In this document: positions 27,620 to 41,805 of the stretch, piece by piece
How the letters are laid out: every line of letters starts with the position of its first letter
How positions within the stretch are numbered: the first letter of the stretch is position 1
Source: Octopus vulgaris
Lineage: Eukaryota
DNA: 64,000 nucleotides
Assembly: GCA_951406725.2 (NCBI GenBank)
Contig: OX597822.1
Span: 37,944,001-38,008,000 of the forward strand
Reading direction: 5' to 3'
Program-made: the position numbers and the translations under genes
The notes under the pieces: model-generated
Told to the model about the DNA's origin: nothing
Databases searched by the model: none
What the model saw: only the letters and a program-made list of their open reading frames with translations

Positions 27620-28000
27620 ATAACTGGTTCTGGTCTAATTCTCTGATTTCAATGTCTATATTTGATTTAATGTTCTCAGTTTAGTTAGCATCTTCAGAGA
27701 GAAGCCATAGCACATTTGTTTAATCCCATGCTCAGTTTTTATGCCATGGCTGAATTTATGAACAATTCATTGTAGATTTCCTACTAGTTATTATCCCTTA
27801 TAAATACTTTGAAGTCATTTATGCAGGAAAGGTAATTTATATTTTTTGTCTACATTTGTAGCCATTGGGGGTTTTATTCCACACATTTATTAATGGCGTT
27901 AAAACTAAGCAAAAGAGTTGAGTTAATGATTCACCCGTGAAGATTTCTCTTCTTATTTACAAAGAGTAGGTTTTAATGATCTCCTCTTTGTCCTGTAGTG
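27620..28000 (-). pseudogene. Decayed RT of an RLE-type (R4/NeSL-like) LINE
   Basis: The - strand reads IRREIFTGESLTQLFCLVLTPLINVWNKTPNGYKCRQKINYLSCINDFKVF, matching RGIFQGDSLSPLLFC...HLLYMDDLKL. Confidence 0.6.
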
Positions 28001-28119
28001 ATATATTTGTTTTCTTTTTTGATATGGTATGATTAGTGTATTTTGTTTGTTAAAATTAGCTTCTAATTAAACGGAATATCCCCAGAGGATTGTCTGTAGA
28101 AGTTACATATCGGAACATG

Positions 28120-28700
28120 CATTCAGCCACTACATGCTGGCCTCGACGCACAGAATGTCTTGGTATCAGACAGACCAACTGAGAGTAGTACGCATCTCTT
28201 CAAGTGGAAGTCTTTGCTCTCTAGTTTGACCAAACTCGAGCTAGACAGGACGATCAGGTGGTAAATTATAAAGGAGTCCTTGTAAGCACTCACCACTTTT
28301 TCACGACCATTCAGAGGAAAACTTTCTCTCTGCACATTTTGAATGGGAGCCGCCATCCTGCTCGTAACATCGCCTTGGTTCTTGTCTTCCTGGAGGGTCG
28401 TCCCAAACCAGATGTCAACCAACTCAACCAACTTTACTGGACTTTCGGTTCAGCGATATACGCTATTCAACATGAATTTTCCAACACGTGTCCAGGTTTA
28501 GGCTGGCTCCTGTTAACATCAAATATTCTTTCAATATGATGGTGACCACCCCCACTTTCGCGGTGTCAAACATCGGCCCAGGGACGGCTAGAATAATCAG
28601 GAAAGTATTAGATAGCTGAAAAGAACGAGTCTCGATAGCATGGTACCGTAGGCTGGAAGTAGCAAGCCTGCTACGTTTGTAAGACTCCAGGAGCTCCAAG
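28120..28700 (-). pseudogene. L1/Tx1-like LINE RT/thumb fragment
   Basis: KEYLMLTGASLNL, DIWFGTTLQEDKN, FPLNGREKVV, FIIYHLIV and LVKLE resemble the post-RT region. Confidence 0.6.
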
Positions 28701-28718
28701 AAAATATGTGGTAAAGAG

Positions 28719-28927
<209 letters not shown>

Positions 28928-29449
28928 CCCGAAAGATTACAGCTGGGAAGCATAGGAACAAAATACAAAAACGAGGGTAAACAATAGCAACAACGCAAAC
29001 AAGAAATGAATTACTTTTTATGGAAAAGTTTCAATAGGGATAGCCATCCAGGAATCAATCGGAAACACCTCTTCACATACACACTTACACACACATACAC
29101 GCACAAAAAAAAAAAAAAAAAGACGTAATTATTTTTTTTACAATCAAGAACTAGTATATCAGATAAGGATTTGTAACAGAAAGCTGAATTTCGGTGAAAG
29201 AAACTCAACTGTTAGCTTATATTTTTAAACCCGGAAAAATAAAAGACATCCACATTAAATTCAAATCTCGACAGGATTTGAATGTACAGTGTAAAGGGAC
29301 ATAACTAAGTCTATCAAGGTGCCTCTCCTGATTCTATCAAATACCGTTTTTGAACCAAACCATCGCTCGGATAATATTTCATTTTTATTTGTTTTGTCCG
29401 GATGAAGGAGTATTGCTCACGACATTCATAGATCCTCCGAGACTAATGG

Positions 29450-29830
29450 GGTTTATTCTATTACCGTTTCTGCTAAGTCATACATCGATGACAACAGGAA
29501 AAAACATAAATAGGTAGGAAATTCTAGAGGGTCGAGATTCTAAGATGAAAGACTGGTTGCAGTCGTTACCGCCGAACCTAGGGATGGACACAATATGGAG
29601 GATAAGAGGAAGAGAGAAGAGTGAATCAGTAGTGCATGAGACACACCAAAACCGAGGAACAGGGGACTTTGTATATGTGTTAGAGAAAGAAGACAGCATA
29701 GCTGTGAACCAGAGTTTGGAGTGTGTCAGTGAGGGAACATGATACCAATGAGCTAGACGTTGGAGTGTGTTCGGGACAGCATGTCCATGACTCGGGAACT
29801 GTTATTGTTGACCTGCACTGCATTAACCAT
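29450..29830 (-). pseudogene. Decayed Jockey/CR1/L2-group LINE 3' end
   Basis: The - strand has traces of the SL.HRR..LFY, HP..V and SF..RT..WN.LP..VFP pattern (LHIVSIPR..NQSFI..MFFP). Weak. Confidence 0.4.
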
Positions 29831-30902
29831 TAAGCAAAATTAGCACATGGTTAGGACATCAAGGAAAGGGGAGGGGTACCACAGAAATTGTAAATAATTT
29901 ACGGCACAAAAGAAATCATTTTAAACTTGTTTAAATAATATTCGAACTGGTTTATATGATCAGAAATATCATTTCGAAGCGTTCATGTTGTCATAGTAAA
30001 GATCTGATCAAAGATTTTGCAAATAAAAAATGTAAAAACTTTTTTTTAAATATAGAGTGAAAGTATACTAAAATAAACTTTATTTTTCATCTTATTGTTA
30101 GTTTTGTTTCATTTTGAAAAATAAAAATTTATTTTATAGTTTATTATTGTTAATGTTTTGAATTAGTTATATATGGAGGGATGCTGGCACTAAACTATTT
30201 AAGTGCTTAGGACTTCTAGGGGTCTTAATCCGGCCTCGGTGTTGGCGACGAGACAGCATAACTGTGGGCCGAAGGTTGAAGTTAATGAAGAGATAACATC
30301 CCTTCGGGTCAGAGTTTGGAGGTGTCTTGGTGAAGCGATAACGTTTCTGTGAACTAGAGTTTCGAATGTTTAGGTGAGGGAACAACATGCCTGTGTGCCG
30401 GTGGCTGGAGTGTCTTGGTGAGACCTTACGTTGGGATATAATTTTTGGTGCAGTCTGGGATGTCTACCAGTGTTGTAGCAACATCGTCCCAGGTATCAGA
30501 GCACTGTACCAAAGTGAGCCTTACATGAGTTTAGAAAAGGTTTAGTAGTTGTTTTGTAGGACTGACGTATTTTTTTGTCTTGAAGTGAAAGGCCAAACTT
30601 TGTTAAAACGTATTTTGCTAGAAGAGATTCTTACGAATGGTAACGCAAGTGTTTAAGGCGCTTGCAATGACCCTAGTTGAGAATGTTTCTGTTTAAGAGG
30701 CCCGATAATGTTTTATTTAGACATTACTGTTAGGGTTCTTTTATACAGACTAAAAAATGTTATACTTGGTGGTTATAAATGTGTGGGGATGAGTAAAGTT
30801 ATTAAAAAACAAGGGATAGACCAAATACATTTTACAATAAATAAATATTTAAAATATTATATAGACTCAAAATATTATATAGATAAACACTGAATAAAAA
30901 AA

Positions 30903-30953
<51 letters not shown>

Positions 30954-30954
30954 A

Positions 30955-31212
30955 TTTTAAAATTTTGGAACCAGGTCTGCAATTTCGGGAAATGGGTATG
31001 TCGATGACATCGACCTCCCCCAGTACGCAACTGGTACTTATTTAATCGACTCCGAAAGGATGAAAGGCGAAGTCAATTCCGCCGAGGTCGGCTTTGCCTT
31101 TCATCCTTTCAGGGTCGATAAATTAAGTACCAGTTGAGTAATGGGGTCCATGTAATCGACCATCCCTCTCCCCGCAGAATTTCAGGCCTTGTGTCTTATA
31201 CTACTAGAAAGG

Positions 31213-31215
<3 letters not shown>
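30955..31215. mobile_element. Head-to-head fused SINE B halves (fold-back)
   Basis: ACTGGTACTTATTTAATCGACTCCGAAAGGATGAAAGGC is directly followed by its inverse GCCTTTCATCCTTTCAGGGTCGATAAATTAAGTACCAGT. An (ATT)n tail follows. Confidence 0.8.
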
Positions 31216-31281
<66 letters not shown>

Positions 31282-31399
31282 GTTATGTTTTTTCCTTCTT
31301 TAAATTTTCTTCCGTTTCTCGCCGAGTGTTTCCCATACACCTAGGGCATTCTCAAATTACACGCGCAAATTCAAAGATAAAATATGTATTTAAAAATTA

Positions 31400-31870
31400 A
31401 TAAATAAATAAATTCATGGATGGATGTTATTTTCACAGCGATAGTGCTCTTCTCAGTACATGAGCCGTTCCAGTTAATACGATTTTTTTGCACTTCCTGT
31501 AGGGATGGTAAGCCTGGAATCATTTTCAAATAGGTTTCAGTACCTTTTTTTATCATTCCTAGAGATCCTACAATCACTCCTTCGTAGCACAGTGTAGGTA
31601 AAATGCACCGGAGTCTTTAGTCATCTGTCAAGTCACAACATGGACCTCAGACAGATGATACTTCCCTTTAGATGTGCGTTGTGCCCAATAAGGCTGCTTT
31701 TTGTAAGACATCAATATTGTATGGGACTACCGGATGCCTTAAGAAGTCTTGAAGTTTCAATGGGATTGAGTCCAACGTTCAGGTCACCACTGGTATCACT
31801 TTTACATTACACTCTCGCATTCCATACAGTCTTGCCATTTCCACTTTCAATTCCGAGTACATAGTGGGTA
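31400..31870 (-). pseudogene. Two RLE-type LINE 3' end fragments
   Basis: IVGSLGMIKKGTETYLKMIPGLPSLQEVQK and PYNIDVLQKAALIGHNAHL match the IGALG...QK..L.G terminus of REL-domain LINEs. Confidence 0.6.
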
Positions 31871-31904
31871 TTTATTCAACCTCTTTACTCATAGCATTCA
31901 TGTG

Positions 31905-31979
<75 letters not shown>

Positions 31980-32568
31980 CTATTTTTGTCATCATCTTTA
32001 TCACCATGAACGTTATGGTATTGTTATTATTGCTATGGCCATATATCTATTGTTGGTATGACCACGTAGTGTTGCTATGGAAATATAGCGTTGCTATGGT
32101 CACCCACTTTATCTATGGTTACCTATTGTTGTTATAGTTATCACAGAGATTTCGTGTCAACAAGCCTGACCTTTCGACCCGGCCCCTCTTTGCTTGTCAA
32201 CATGGAGGAACCATTAGTTAGGCGGTATTCATATTTCACATAGCCCCTACTCCCCACAATCGTGCTGCATTTCTTTTTCTCTTTCGCTCTTTCCATTTTC
32301 TCTCTTCCCCCCTCTCTCTCTCTCTCTTTCTCCCTCTTTTCCTCTCTCTCTCTTTTTTTATAGATATACTATTTGTGTATATAAAATACACACACACATA
32401 CACACATATATATACATATACATACAAATAGACATATACATATACATACATACAAACAGACATATATATATACATACATAAATGTATGTATATATAATAT
32501 ATACACTCATACATATATATATACACACACGCACACACACGCACACACACACACACACACGCACACAC

Positions 32569-32632
<64 letters not shown>

Positions 32633-32647
32633 GTATATACATAGTTA

Positions 32648-32694
<47 letters not shown>

Positions 32695-33039
32695 TATGTA
32701 GGTTATGAGAGGTAATGGTGTCACTGAGACCCAAAGGTGTCAGGTAATGCTGAATAAGTTCTATAGATGGACCGCAGTTAAGTTCCAGGTTCGGTGATTA
32801 TGCGAATAAGGGGATCCACATTGGCCATATGTCAGCGTGTGTATATAAAAATTTTATTTCATAATGAGATAAAAAAAAAAAAATCAAGGCTGTGTAGATT
32901 TTAGAACATTTATAGATAATAGGTATAAATGTTCTAAAATCTACACACCCTTGTTTTTTTTTATCTCATTACGAAATAAAATTTTTAGATATACATATGT
33001 ATATATATACACATATAGACATATATATACATACGTACA

Positions 33040-33079
<40 letters not shown>

Positions 33080-33084
33080 CAGAC

Positions 33085-33116
<32 letters not shown>

Positions 33117-33989
33117 ATATAATACACACACACATATCCTATACATACAGTATGGTTACAGCTGGAAGAATGCCTTTACACATAGGTCTGTTAGCTGGGT
33201 CAGGCCTGACCTTGGGTTAAAGAAGAAGACGAGCAACATTAGGACTAACATTGAGCTTAAACAACAACAACTTGCTTGACCAATACAGACCGAAGAGAGA
33301 CATGGATCATTTGGCGAAAGATGGTATCTGGTCGAATAAGATTCAGTATTGAAGTCTCCCGAACTGGTCAATTCAGGGTATATGGCTTGGAGATGTCAGT
33401 GAAGTGGCCTTAATTAGTGCTGGATATACAACCTGGAGGAAGTATTAAACTGGAGGAAGGGTTAGTCCTTGGGAGTACAGTCTGGAGGAATAAGTCAACT
33501 AGCGTAGTTCTACACATTGATCTGGAGATGGTTTTGTGAATTTTGAACAATTCTGGGTATATTACTTAGGGATGTCCCTAAATCGAGGGTGGTTCTATAT
33601 GATTTTAGGGTGTCATTGAAGAAGGATATGTGTCTCTGTGTATCTGTATTTATCTGTATGTGTGCGTGTTCCTCTTTGTGCGTATGTGTATATGTGTCTT
33701 TGCACTTGTATACGCAATGCAAGCGGAGGTAAGCAACGGTAAATGGTCCGAGGAATGTTTATTAAAATTGATGAGAAGATAAGCGGGCTGTTTTGGTATA
33801 ATGGTGTAGTGGTCGAACCTCATTCGGTTGAAGGGATAGTTCGAACCGTATAGACATTTTCATCCACTTTTTTTTTTATCGTTTAGGATCACGTACGATT
33901 ATCTACTGTAGAATATATATGTATCTACACACACGTGCATATATTGGACTAGGACTCAACTCCGTCGGTCACGAATTAACACGGGTACA

Positions 33990-34300
33990 CGTATGAGGTT
34001 CCCCTCCGGGGTACATTTTTGGGGCGGAAAGTCGCCTCACCGGCAAACGCACAACCTAGGGTTGGTTTTATGGAAGACCAGCTTCCCCTCTCCACACCCC
34101 GATGTTATTCAAGGGAAAGGCAAAAGGGTTGATACAGCTTGGCATAAGTGACGTCGCAACTTATTTCTACAACTGAGTGAACTGGAGCAACGTGAAATAA
34201 AGTGTCTTGCTCAAGAACACAACACACAAGTCGGTCTGGGAATCGAAATCATAACCTCACGACCGTAAGCCCGACGCTCTAACCACTGAACTATGCGCCT
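33990..34300 (-). mobile_element. SINE C
   Basis: Homologous to 25700-26012. The head on the - strand is AGGCGCATAGTTCAGTGGTTAGAGCG. Confidence 0.8.
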
Positions 34301-34320
34301 TTACACACATACACACACAC

Positions 34321-34407
<87 letters not shown>

Positions 34408-34409
34408 AA

Positions 34410-34788
34410 TAGGCGCAGGAGTGACTATGTGGTAAGTAGCTTGCTTACCAACCACATGGTTCCGGGTTCATTTCCCCTGCGTGGCACCTTGGTAAGTGTC
34501 TTCTACTATAGCCTCGGGCCGACCAAAGCCTTGTGAGTGGATCTGGTAGACGGAAACTGAAAGAAGCCTGTCGTAAATATATATATGTTTGTGTGCCTAT
34601 GTTTGTCCCCCCACATCATCGCTTGACAACCGACGTCGGTGTGTTTACGTCCCTGTAACTTGGCGGTTCGTTAAAAGAGACCGATAAAATAAGTGCTAAA
34701 CGTACAAAGAATAAGTTCTGGGGTCGATTTGTACGACTAAAGGCCGTGCTCCAGCATGGCCGCAGTCAAATGACTGAATAAAAGAATA
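34410..34788 (+). mobile_element. SINE A, full length
   Basis: AGGCGCAGGAGTG...GCAGTCAAATGACTGAA. Confidence 0.9.
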
Positions 34789-34837
34789 TATATATATATG
34801 TACATATATATATATGTACATATATATATATGTACAC

Positions 34838-34885
<48 letters not shown>

Positions 34886-35713
34886 TACACACATATTTAA
34901 GGGTTACCCGTCATACGGTAGGTACTTTGGTCGTATACTTATACCGCCGCGGGTTATATGATAAAATTACATTAAATTATGTTTATTTTACGTATGCTAT
35001 AAATTCCATGACATTGCCCATGGCCCTCGGAATTTTAGCGGTACAGGGTTCGATTTTCTATAAACTTGCTGACCACTTTGTTCGCCTTCTAAAAGAAAAT
35101 TTACCCGATTTTCTTAGCTATCATTACAGCTATCCTACGTTCGAGAATTCTTTTAATTTCTGTAACAATATTATTGTAGCAATTGATATTTTCGTTTGGA
35201 ACATTTTACTATGAATTAACCTAAAGCAAACAAATTTAATCTGCTGACAAACTGCTTGGTTTGAAATTTGTCACATCTAAGGAAAAATATTCATCATAAT
35301 AGATATTGGTTTGAAATTTTAGTTCCAGTACCGGCGATTTCGGGACACAAAGCGTTAGTCGATTGCATCGACCCACGTGTTCAACTTATTTTATAGACAC
35401 GGGTGGAATTTGAACTCAGACCGTTCGCCGACTTATTCATTACAACAAATATCAACCATTACAGAGCCTTTTCTAGTTCCAGACAACCTCTCTGTCATTT
35501 ACTCCTTGTCCATGTCCTAGTTCTCGTTCTCTTCCTTCTCTTCACCTACTTCTGTCCCTGTGCATTCTTTCCCTCTCATTGTAAGTGTGGTATTCCTTTA
35601 CTCATTGCATGTCACCAAGCCTAGTATGTGCACTCATCGCATAACTCATCTCTATACATTGTAAAAAGTGACTGAAAAAATAGACCAAGAAATCAAAGAA
35701 TTAATATTGTGTG

Positions 35714-35761
<48 letters not shown>

Positions 35762-35959
35762 TCATTTTTATATCAAAACATAGACTGTAGAAAGGACTCG
35801 ATGCATGATTAACAGAAAGTTCACCTATGGCATCTTATCAAACTGTAAGATTTGCGAGTAACTCTCTGTGAAACATTAAAGTAATTTCCCATAAATTCCT
35901 CTATGTATTTACATAATATTGAGGTATCTTTAATTCTTTTGTTGTCTTACCATTTCTAT

Positions 35960-36001
<42 letters not shown>

Positions 36002-36064
36002 GTATGTATGTATGTATGTATGATTGGATGCATGCATACATGTATGTATGTGTGCGTGTATATG

Positions 36065-36117
<53 letters not shown>

Positions 36118-36294
36118 AGAGAGAGAGAGACATTATCTATTTATAGATAGATAGATATGTAGCTCGAACATATCTGTATATATAAATGTATATACATTTA
36201 TGTAGACATATACTTACATTCATACATACATGCATACATACATAATACGTACATGTGTGTGCGCGAGTTTTATGTATGTATGTATGTATCTATA

Positions 36295-36351
<57 letters not shown>

Positions 36352-36788
36352 CTATCTATCTATCTATCTCTCCCTCTCCCTCTCTCCCTCTCTCTCTCTC
36401 TTTCTATATATATATGTATGCATGCAGATTTACAGGTGTGCGACACGAATAGTATACTGGTGACCAATGCTTTGCATGTGGAATTTGGTAGAAGACACGG
36501 AAATGGTGCAGAAGCCCATCCTATGTATTTACAAACTTACATGATATGCGTATGTCTCTGTATGTGTGCATGTAGGTATATACATATATGCATAGGTAAA
36601 CATATATGTGTGTGTATATGTATATATATATATATATAAATTTATATACTTATATGTGTATATACATATGTAAATTCATATATACATATATATGTATATA
36701 GGTAAACATACATACATACATACATACATACATACATACATACATACATACATACATACATACATAAATACATACATACATACATGCA

Positions 36789-37004
36789 CGAGGGTTTGCT
36801 GAATAGTTCCTGGCTTTGGGTAAAAGAAAATACAGGAGGGTCTGTTGTGATTTTCTTCAACATATTCTCCTCTCAGATTCATACACATTGCAGTGGCCCT
36901 TCAGTTTTTTCTAAGCCCTGTAAATGAACTCGGAAGGTTGCGCCTCCAAGCAAGCCTTTCGCGACACCCTTAAAGCCAGGAACTTTTCAGCACGTACACT
37001 CACG
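36789..37004. mobile_element. mariner-type MITE
   Basis: TIRs GCTGAATAGTTCCTGGCTTT and AAAGCCAGGAACTTTTCAGC, with a CGAGGG start. Confidence 0.7.
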
Positions 37005-37483
37005 CAAATATATTCGCTACATGTGATTCTTGTTGTTGTTGTTAAGCAACAAGACAGGTAAGGGTGATTAGGTGATGGTCTAGAGCTAAGAGGCAGGAGA
37101 CCCCAGACCTTGGAAAAAAAAAACTTTGGTCGTCTTGTTGACGCCCGATACCACTGGGAGGTGGCCCTCGAAGTCGCTGGAAATGGAGATCTCCAGGTCC
37201 AAATTCTTGAACGGCCGCTACATGTGATACTTATATCTTGCATACTACATGGTGTGAAATCCCGTTCATAGGTCGCTAATATGTTATCGTAGTTACTTAA
37301 AGTCTATTGTTTTGCACGACCGGAAGCTTACAATGTTTGTTTCATTGTGATTAATCCATTTATTCGACTTACTAGCGAGTCGCGGGGTTCGAATCCTACT
37401 GGCAGTGTTACTAACATTTTGTTTTTTCTTTTTTTTTCTTTTCCTAAACTAGATACAAATACACAGACACATATTCAGACCCC

Positions 37484-37643
37484 CAGCGCTGTCTCAAGGA
37501 CACTGGATCGCCGGGCAGAGACCCGAGGGCCTCATAACCGATTCCGATCTATATGTGCTGTGGCTTGCCGACAGTAAATAAATGCTATAAGGCCGATTGT
37601 ATTGATTTGCCCAGGGGCCAATAATGTTGCTAAAACAGCCCTG
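37484..37643. mobile_element. Putative hAT-type MITE
   Basis: Ends CAGCGCTGTCTCAAG and GCTAAAACAGCCCTG form an imperfect TIR. No TSD is evident. Confidence 0.45.
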
Positions 37644-37967
37644 AACATGCGCGCGCACACACTTACATACGCACACATATGTATGATATACCCATACACA
37701 TATACACGCAGGAATATACATCTTTATCTTTCTGTTATCACCATTTGTCTTTTACTTGTTTCAGTCCTAAGGGTGTGGACCGTGATGGGGTCACGATTTG
37801 AGGGGGTTTAGTCGAAGAAGTTGCCCCCAGTCCTTATCTTCTTTTAAAATCTGGAATTTAATATACCAGCTTCATTTTTGCCGAACGTAAACAAACCAAC
37901 ACCGGTCGTCAAGCGGTGGAAAGGAGATCCATCATACAGACATACATGTATGTATTTGTATATATAC

Positions 37968-38033
<66 letters not shown>

Positions 38034-38034
38034 G

Positions 38035-38115
<81 letters not shown>

Positions 38116-38175
38116 CATACATATATATATATATACGTATATATATACATATATATATATATATATACGCGCACG

Positions 38176-38213
<38 letters not shown>

Positions 38214-38617
38214 CACACACACATACATATATATATACACATGCATATATACATATTTATGTGCTAACGCACGTAACCTCCGCCCTTCAGTCACTCTGTT
38301 ACTTCTGCTAAATATTGATAAATGTATAAATAGTTACGTTTGAGTTCTATTTTTCCTGTCTGCATCACCAAGCCTATACATACATACATGCATACATACA
38401 TACATACATACATACATACATACATAAATACATACATACATAAAACATACAAACATATATGCATACATACATATATGCATACATACATACATACATAATA
38501 CATACATACATACATAAATACATACATACATGTGTGTGTGTGTGTGTGAATGTGTGTATAAATATATATATATACATATATATATATATGTATACATATA
38601 TCTATATATACATACAT

Positions 38618-38702
<85 letters not shown>

Positions 38703-39198
38703 GTGTATGTGTGTGTGTGTAAGATGGAGGTGGAAATAGAGCAGAAATCAAAAAGATTTCATGTTAAGAAGGAATTTAATAAAAATGATATTAAAAATTA
38801 TACAAAGAAAATATTACCGGTTTCACTGATGAATCTTTTCTTATCGAATATCAGTAAAAATTTATACAAATTTGAAGAAAAACAGTTTATCTTCTATCTG
38901 GGTGTCAAAAGCATATATATATACGACGGGCTTCTTTCAGTTTCCGGCCACGAAATCCACTCCAAAAGCATTTGTGAAGCCAAAGCTTTAGAACCAGATT
39001 AGAAAACACTTCCTTTCTCCAAATGACCAATCCGCCTCTTGCATATTTTCATCTGTGTACATCAGTCGTTATCTTCAAGTGTATATGTCAATCATGACGG
39101 TACAGCTATTCAAAAATATTGTTTCTTATATTAAATTAGTTTCAATTAAGAGATTTGTATTATATCATCAAATAGCTGTAATTGTTATAATAATAATG

Positions 39199-39286
<88 letters not shown>

Positions 39287-39320
39287 TGAAATAATAATAA
39301 TAATAATAATAATGATGATG

Positions 39321-39393
<73 letters not shown>

Positions 39394-39404
39394 TGATGAT
39401 GATG

Positions 39405-39443
<39 letters not shown>

Positions 39444-39530
39444 GAGCATCACAACAAAACACAGCACATACCCAAGGCACACAGAGCTGCGATCGATAGT
39501 GAAGTGGAAGCACGATATAAAAAAAAACAT

Positions 39531-39633
<103 letters not shown>

Positions 39634-39664
39634 TAATAATAACAATAACAATAATAATGATGAT

Positions 39665-39905
39665 AATACTTTCTGCGATAGGGACAAGGCCTGAAATTTT
39701 ATGGGGTGGAGGACTAGTCGATTACATCGACCCCAGTGTTTCACTGGTACTTAATTTATCGACACCGGAAGAATGAAAGGCAAAGTCGACTTTGGCAGAA
39801 TTTGAACTTAGAGCGTAGCGATGGGCGAAATACCGCCAAACATTTCGTCCAGCGTGTTAACGCTTCTTTCAGCTCGCCGTCTTCATAATGATGATGATGA
39901 TGATG

Positions 39906-39982
<77 letters not shown>

Positions 39983-40060
39983 CCTCTTAAGTACGAAATA
40001 GCCCGGTGAAGATAGTGCCAATTATTGTTGAGCCTCCCTCTCTGCCATCGATCATGGTGT

Positions 40061-40100
<40 letters not shown>

Positions 40101-41180
40101 AATCGTTTCGTTGGCGAGCTGGCAGAATTGTTAAGGTGTCGAAAAAATGCTTTGTGACATTTCTTCCGTCTTATATTTCTGAGTTCGAATCCTAACGAGG
40201 CCGACTTTGCCTTTTATCTTCCCGGGATCGATTAAAAAAAAAAGGTCCCAGTTGAGCACTGTGGTTGATAGCTCCCTACTCACAAAATTTCAAGCCTTGC
40301 GCCTATAGTAGAAAGAACGGTTGTTCCAAATTTTGATGGGTAGCCAGCGATTTTAGTGGGGTGGGGTGAATGTCGATTGCATTGATCCCAGTTTTCGACT
40401 AGCATTTTTTATCGACCCATAAAGGATGAAATACGAAAAGTAACCTCGGCGGGATTCGAATTTCGTACGTTAAGGTTCAGAAGCAATACCACAATGCTCT
40501 ATCGATTCTGCCAACCCACCTCTTCAACAATCGTGTCAAATAGGCGCAGAAGGCCCGAAACTTGTGGGGAGGGGAACGGTTGATTACATTGACTCTTATT
40601 ATTTGAAAGGTACTTTATTTTATTGACCCCAGATGAATGAGAGACAAAGTGGATCTCGAAGTGATTTGAACTCAAAAGTAAAGTTCCGGAAGAGATACAC
40701 ATAGCATTTTATCCGGTTCATCAATGATTCTGCAAATCGACTGGAGGGATGAATGATAAAAATTGACCCCAGCGAATGATAAAGTTGACCTCAGCGAATA
40801 ATAAAGTTGACCTCAGCGAATGATAAAGTTGACCTCAACGAATGATAATGTTAACCTCAACGAATTATAAAGCTGACCTCAGCGAATGATAGAGCTAACC
40901 TCAGCGAATGATAAAGTTGACCTCAGCGAATGATAAAGTTGACCTCAGCGAATGATAAAGTTGACCTAAAGGGTGTTGAAGGGTGAAAATGGTAGAGTAG
41001 CTGATTAACTGGTGTGGTGGTTGGAATGACGAAAGTGATAGAGAGACGGACAAAAATGTCTCGAGGTTAAGTCTCATTTAATAATATTCCTTTAGGTTCT
41101 GAGTTCAAATACCACCGAGATCAACTTCGTCGTTCATTTTTCTAAAGATCAATCAATAAAATAAAATAGCAGTAAATACC
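39665..41180. mobile_element. Cluster of about five SINE B copies in mixed orientation
   Basis: 39665-39880 (-), 40110-40320 (+), 40325-40520 (-), 40535-40735 (-) and 41010-41180 (+). Each carries variants of GAGTTCAAAT / GTCGAC / GGATGAAA. Confidence 0.75.
40751..40967. repeat. 22-bp minisatellite, about 10 units
   Basis: Head-to-tail units of GAATGATAAAGTTGACCTCAGC with no spacers. Confidence 0.95.
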
Positions 41181-41373
41181 AATTTAACTGCACTACTAGA
41201 TGCATTTTTGTGTTCTTGTCGTCAGAGTGCAGCATTGTCTGTTGGAAATGTGCAGTGGTGCATATTTCATGCATCTGTTTCATTTCGTTCGGTTCTGTTG
41301 CAAATTTACTGTTTATTTCTTATTGGTTGTGATTGTTGTTTCATATGGTTTCATCGAGAAAAGCTATGACCAC

Positions 41374-41558
41374 AGGCGTAGGAGTGGCTGTGTGGTAAGT
41401 AGCTTGCTTACCAACCACATGGTTCTGGGTTCAGTCCCACTGCCTGGCACCTTGGGCAAGTGTCTTCTACAATAGCCTCGGAACGACCAAAGCCTTGTGA
41501 GTGGATTTGGTAGAGGGGAACTGAAAGAAGCTCGTCGTATATATGTATATGTATATAT

Positions 41559-41589
<31 letters not shown>

Positions 41590-41805
41590 TTGTGTGCCTG
41601 TGTTTGCTCCCCCACTATCGCTTGACAACCGATGCTGGTGTGTTTACGTCCCCGTAACTTAGCGGTTCGGCAAAAGAAACCTATAGAATAAGTACTAGGC
41701 TTACAAAGAATATGTCCTGGGGTTGATTTGCTCGACTAAAAGGCGGTGCTCCAGCATGGCCGCAGTCAAAAGACTGAAACAAGTAAAAGAGTAAAAGAGA
41801 GTAAA
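41374..41805 (+). mobile_element. SINE A, full length
   Basis: Collinear with the family consensus. Confidence 0.9.

Noticed and set aside
29397-29450. Possible hammerhead CGGATGA..GGAG/CTCC..GAGAC
   Set aside because: Two core mismatches and no convincing stems I and III.
30167-33870. Non-microsatellite stretches at 30170-30700 and 33240-33870 as exons
   Set aside because: No sustained ORF; only faint resemblance to decayed PLE coding sequence, too weak to call.
37370-37420. GGTTCGAATCC as a tRNA gene
   Set aside because: Isolated B box with no cloverleaf or A box; likely a SINE remnant.
40751-40967. CRISPR-like regular repeat
   Set aside because: No unique spacers, no cas genes, eukaryotic context.
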